DNA from: Eledone cirrhosa
Lineage: Eukaryota
DNA length: 64,000 nt
Direction of reading: 5' to 3'
Assembly: GCA_964016885.1 (NCBI GenBank)
Contig: OZ024740.1
Location: 421,414,001 to 421,478,000, forward strand
Shown: positions 57,505 through 64,000 of the stretch, one piece after another
Numbering within the stretch: the stretch's first letter is position 1
Layout: every line of letters begins with the position of its first letter
Made by a program: the position numbers and the translations under genes
Notes under the pieces: generated by a model
The model's database searches: none
What the model saw: the letters and a program-made list of their open reading frames with translations, nothing else
What the model was told of the DNA's origin: nothing

Positions 57505-60500
57505 CACATCTAGAAACATGTACCAACAGTACCACATCTAGAAACATGTACTAACAGTACCACATCTAGAGATATGTAACAACAGTACCACATCAAGCAA
57601 CATGTACCAACAGTACCACACCTAGAAACATGTACTAACAGTACCAAATCTAGAGATATGTACCAACAACAGTACCACATCTAGAAACATGTACAAACAG
57701 TACTACATCTAGAGATATGTACTACCAGCAGGACCACATCTAGAAACATGTACCAAGAGTACCACATCTAGAGATATGTACTACTGACACTACCACATCT
57801 AGAGATATGTACTACCAGCAGTACCACATCTAGAGATATGTACTACCTACCAACAGTACCACATCTAGAGATATGTACTACCAACAGTACCACATCTAGA
57901 AACATGTACCAGACAGTACCACATCTAGAGATATGTACTACTGACAGTACCACATCTAGAGATATGTACTACTGACAGTACCATATCTAGAGATATGTAC
58001 TACTGACAGTACCATATCTAGAGATATGTACTACTGACAGTACCACATCTAGAGATATGTTCTACTGACAGTACCACATCTAGAGATATGTACTACTGAA
58101 TGTACCACATCTAGAGATATGTACTACCAACAGTACCACATCTAGAGATAAGTACTACTGACAGTACCACATCTAGAGATATGTTCTACTGACAGTACCA
58201 CATCTAGAGATATGTACGACCAACAGTACCACATTTAGAGATATGTACTACTGACAGTACCACATCTAGAAACATGTACCAACAACAGTTCCACATCTAG
58301 AGATATGTACTACTGAAAGTACCACATCTAGAGATATGTACTACCAACAGTACCACATTTAGAGATATGTACTACTGAAAGTACCACATCTAGAGATATG
58401 TACTACCAACAGCACCACATCTAGAGGTATGTATCAACAACAGTACCACATCTAGAGATATGTACTACCAACAGTACCACATCTAGAGATATGTACTACT
58501 GAAAAATATGTACTACTGACAGTACCATATCTAGAGATATGTAGTACTGAAAGTACCACATCTAGAGATTGGTACTACCAAAAGTACTACATTTAGAGAT
58601 ATCAACTACTGACAGTACCACATCTAGAGACATGTACCAACAACAGTACCACATATAGAGATATGTACTACTGAAAGTACCACATCAAGAGATATGTACT
58701 ACCAACAGTACCACATCTAGAGATATGTATTACTGAAAGTACCACACTAGAGATATGTACTACCAACAGTACCACATCTAGAGATATGTACTACTGAAAG
58801 TACACATCTAGAGATATGTACTACCAACAGTACCACATCAAGAGACATGTACCAACAACAGTACCACATCTAGAGACATGTACTACCAACAGTACCACAT
58901 CAAGAGATATGGACTACCAACACTACCACATCTAGAGATATGTACTACCCACCAACAGTACCACATCTAGAACCATGTACCAGCAGTAGCACATCTAGGG
59001 ATATGTACTACTCAAAGTACCACATCTAGAGATATGTACTACTGACAGTACCACATCTAGAGATATGTACTACCAACAGTACCACAGCTAAAGATATGTA
59101 TCAACAACAGTACCACATCTAGAGATATGTACTACCAACAGTACCACATCTAGAGATATGTACTTCTGAGAGTACCAAATCAAGAGACATGTACCAACAA
59201 CAGTACCACATCTAGAGATATGTACTACTGAAAGTACCACATCTAGAGATATGTACTACTGAAAGTACCACATCTAGAGATATGTACTACCAACAGTACC
59301 ACATCTAGAGATATGTACTTCTGACTACCACATCAAGAGACATGTACCAACAACAGTACCACATCTAGAGATATGTACTACTGACAGTACCACATCTAGA
59401 GATATGTACTACTGACAATACCAGATCTAGAGATGTGTACTACCAACAGTACCAGATCTAGAGATATGTACTACTGAAAGAACTACATCTAGAGATATGT
59501 ACTACCAGCAATACCACATTTAGAGATATGTACTACTGACAGTACCACATCTAGAGACATGTAGCAACTACAGTACCACATCTAGAGATATGTACTACCA
59601 ACAGTACCACATCTAGAGATATGTACAACTGACAGTAAAAAATCTAGAGATATGTACTACTGACAGTACCACATCTAGAGATATGTACTACCAACAGTAC
59701 CACATCTAGAGATATGTACTACCAGCAGTAACACATCTAGAGATATGTACTACCAAGGGTACCACATCTAGAGATATGTACTACCAACAATACCACATCT
59801 AGAGATGTACTACCAGCGGTACCACATCAAGAGATATGTACTACTGAAAGTACCACATCTAGAGATATGTACTACTGACAGTACCACATCTAGAGATATG
59901 TACTACTGACAGTACCATATCTAGAGATATGTACTACTGACAGTACCACATCTAGAGATATGTTCTACTGACAGTACCACATCTAGAGATATGTACGACC
60001 AACAGTACCACATCTAGAGATATGTACTACTGACAGTACCACATCTAGAAACATGTACCAACAACAGTTCCACATCTAGAGATATGTACTACTGACAGTA
60101 CCACATCTAGAAACATGTACTACCAACAGTACCACATTTAGAGATATGTACTACGGAAAGTACCACATCTAGAGATATGTACTACCAACAGTACCACATC
60201 TAAAGGTATGTATCAACAACAGTACCGCATCTAGAGATATGTACTACCAACAGTACCACATCTAGAGATATGTACTTCTGACAGTACCACATCTAGAGAT
60301 ATGTACTACCAACAGTACCACATCTAGAGATATGTACCAACAACAGTACCACATCTAGAGATATGTACCAACAACAGTACCACATCTAGAGATATGTACT
60401 ACCAACAGTACCACATCTAGAGACATGTGCGAACAACAGTACCACATCTAGAGATATGTACTACTGACAGTACCACATCTAGCGATATGTACTACTGAAA

Positions 60501-63500
60501 GTACCACATCTAGAGATATGTACTACCAACAGTACCACATTTAGAGATATGTACTACTGAAAGTACCACATCTAGAGATATGTACTACCAACAGTACCAC
60601 ATCTAGAGATATGTACTACTGAAAGTACACATCTAGAGATATGTACTACCAACCGTACCAAATCAAGAGACATGTACCAACAACAGTACCACATCAAGAG
60701 ACATGTACCAACAACAGTACCACATCTAGAGACATGTACTACCAACAGAACCACATCAAGAGATATGTACTACCAACAATACCACATCTAGAGATATGTA
60801 CTACCCACCAACAGTACCACATCTAGAAACATGTACCAGCAGTAGCACATCTAGGGATATGTACTACTCAAAGTACCACATCTAGAGATATGTACTACTG
60901 ACAGTACCACATCTAGATAAATGTACTACCAACAGTACCACATCTAAAGATATGTATCAACAACAGTACCACATCTAGAGATATGTACTACCAACAGTAC
61001 CACATCTAGAGATATGTACTTCTGACAGTACCAAATCAAGAGACATGTACCAACAACAGTACCACATCTAGAGATATGTAATACTGAAAGTACCACATCT
61101 AGAGATATGTACTACCAACAGTACCACATTTAGAGATATGTACTTCTGACTACCACATCAAGAGACATGTACCAACAACAGTACCACATCTAGAGATGTG
61201 TACTACTGACAGTACCAGATCTAGAGATGTGTACTACCAACAGTACCACATCTAGAGATATGTACTGCTGAAAGAACTACATCTAGAGATATGTACTACC
61301 AGCAATACCACATTTAGAGATATGTACTACTGACAGTACCACATCTAGAGATATGCACTACCAACAGTACCACATCTAGAGATATGTACTACCAACAGTA
61401 CCACATCTAGAGATATGTACTACTGAAAGTACATATCTAGAGATATGTACTACCAACAGTACCACATCAAGAGACATGTACCAACAACAGTACCACATCT
61501 AGAGACATGTACTACCAACATCAGGAGATATGGACTACCAACACTACCACATCTAGAGATATGTACTACCCACCAACAGTACCACATCTAGAAACATGTA
61601 CCAGCAGTAGCACATCTAGGGATATGTACTACTCAAAGTACCACATCTAGAGATATGTACTACTGACAGTACCACATCTAGAGATATGTACTACCAACGG
61701 TACCACATCTAAAGATATGTATCAACAACAGTACCACATCTAGAGATATGTACTACCAACAGTACCACATCTAGAGATATGTACTTCTGAGAGTACCAAA
61801 TCAAGAGACATGTACCAACAACAGTACCACATCTAGAGATATGTACTACTGAAAGTACCACATCTAGAGATATGTACTACCAACAGTACCACATCTAGAG
61901 ATATGTACTTCTGACTACCACATCAAGAGACATGTACCAACAACAGTACCACATCTAGAGATATGTACTACTGACAGTACCAAATCTAGAGATATGTACT
62001 ACTGACAGTACCAGATCTAGAGATGTGTACTACCAACAGTACCAGATCTAGAGATATGTACTACTGAAAGAACTACATCTAGAGATATGTACTACCAGCA
62101 ATACCACATTTAGAGATATGTACTACTGACAGTACCACATCTAGAGACATGTAGCAACTACAGTACCACATCTAGAGATATGTACTACCAACAGTACCAC
62201 ATCTAGAGATATGTACAACTGACAGTAAAAAATCTAGAGATATGTACTACTGACAGTACCACATCTAGAGATATGTACTACCAACAGTACAACATCTAGA
62301 GATATGTACTACCAGCAGTAACACATCTAGAGATATGTACTACCAACAGTATCACATCTAGAGATATGTACTACCAACAGTACCACATTATGAGACATCT
62401 ACTAACAGTACCACATCTAGAGATATGTACTACTGACAGTATCACATCTAGAGATATGTACTACTGACAGTACCACATCTAGAGATATGTACTACTGACA
62501 GTATCACATCTAGAGATATGTACTACTAACAGTACCACATCTAGAGATATGTACTACCAATTGTACCACATCTAGAGATATGTACTACCAACAGTACCAC
62601 ATCTAGAGATATGTACTACAAGCAGTACCACATTTAGAGATATGTACTACCAACAGTACCACATTTAGAGATATGTACTACTGACAGTACCACATCTAGA
62701 GACATGTACGAACAACAGTACCACATCTAGAGATATGTACCACTGAAAGTACCACATCTAGAGATATGTACTACCAACAGTACCACATCTAGAGATATGT
62801 ACTACCAACAGTACCACATCTAGAGATATGTACTACTGGCAGTACCACATCTCTAGATATATACCAACAACAATCCCACATCTAGACATATGTACTACCA
62901 ACTGTACCACATCTACAGATATGTACTACTGAATGTACCACATCTAGAGATATGTACTACCAACAGTACCACATCTAGAGATATGTACTACTGACAGTAC
63001 CACATCTAGAGATATGTACTACTGACAGTATCACATCTAGAGATATGTACTACTGACAGTAACACATCTAGAGATATGTACTACTGACAGTACCACATCT
63101 AGAGATATGTACTACTGACAGTATCACATCTAGAGATATGTACTACTGACAGTACCACATCTAGAGATATGTACTACCAATTGTACCACATCTAGAGATA
63201 TGTACTACCAACAGTACCACATCTAAAGATATGTACTACCAGCAGTACCACATCTAGAGATATGTACTACCAACAGTACCACATTTAGAGATATGTACTA
63301 CTGACAGTACCACATCTAGAGACATGTACGAACAACAGTACCACATCTAGAGATATGTACCACTGAAAGTACCACATCTAGAGATATGTACTACCAACGG
63401 TACCACATCTAGAGATATGTACTACTGACAGTACCACATGTAGAAATATGTACCAACAACAGTACCACATCAAGAGATATGTACTACGAACAGTACCACA

Positions 63501-64000
63501 TTTAGAGATATGTACTACTGACAGTACCACATCTAGAGATATGTATTACTGACAGTACCACATCTAGAGATATGTACTACCAACAGTATCTCATCTAGAG
63601 ATATGTACTACTGACAGTACCACATCTAGAGATATGTACTACCAACAGTACCACATTTAGAGATATGTACTACTGACAGTACCACATCTAGAGACATGTA
63701 CGAACAACAGTACCACATCTAGAGATATGTACCACTGAAAGTACCACATCTAGAGATATGTACTACCAACAGTACCACATCTAGAGATATGTACTACCAA
63801 CAGTACCACATCTAGAGATATGTACTACTGGCAGTACCACATCTAGAGATATATACCAACAACAATCCCACATCTAGAGATATGTACTACCAACAGTACC
63901 ACATTTAGAGATATGTACTACTGACAGTACCACATCTAGAGACATGTACAAACAACAGTACCACATCTAGAGATATGTACCACTGAAAGTACCACATCTA
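57505..64000. repeat. 31-bp satellite (AGTACCACATCTAGAGATATGTACTACYRAC)n, more than 200 copies, runs off the right edge
   Basis: Direct reading; 28-bp variant units at the left edge; more diverged than the 24- and 48-bp arrays. Confidence 0.98.

Noticed and set aside
52453-64000. CRISPR-like appearance of the 31-bp and 49-bp repeats
   Set aside because: No unique spacers, no cas genes, and the context is a spliceosomal eukaryotic gene.

Overview
AT-rich animal genomic DNA, most likely a coleoid cephalopod (Octopus-like; inferred from the SINE/RTE repeat content). The only real coding content is eight internal exons of a minus-strand WDR19/IFT144 (IFT-A) orthologue. I traced them by hand: all have GT-AG borders and their phases join in one reading frame. 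About 80% of the window is intronic tandem repeat, and nearly all ORFs in the track are satellite artefacts. The main finding is that two arrays are built from splice signals. (i) A 49-bp array is a ~34-fold amplification of a real exon/intron donor junction (32 nt of exon + 17 nt of intron). (ii) A >26-kb 24-bp array starts 35 nt after a donor; on the pre-mRNA strand each unit reads GTGAGA...GACAG, giving about 1,100 tandem CAG|GTGAGA sites. Using a decoy donor in either array gives a near-immediate stop codon. Other arrays can be traced to fragments of transposons, and arrays tend to sit at exon borders. Functional interpretations are hypotheses; no database searches were run.
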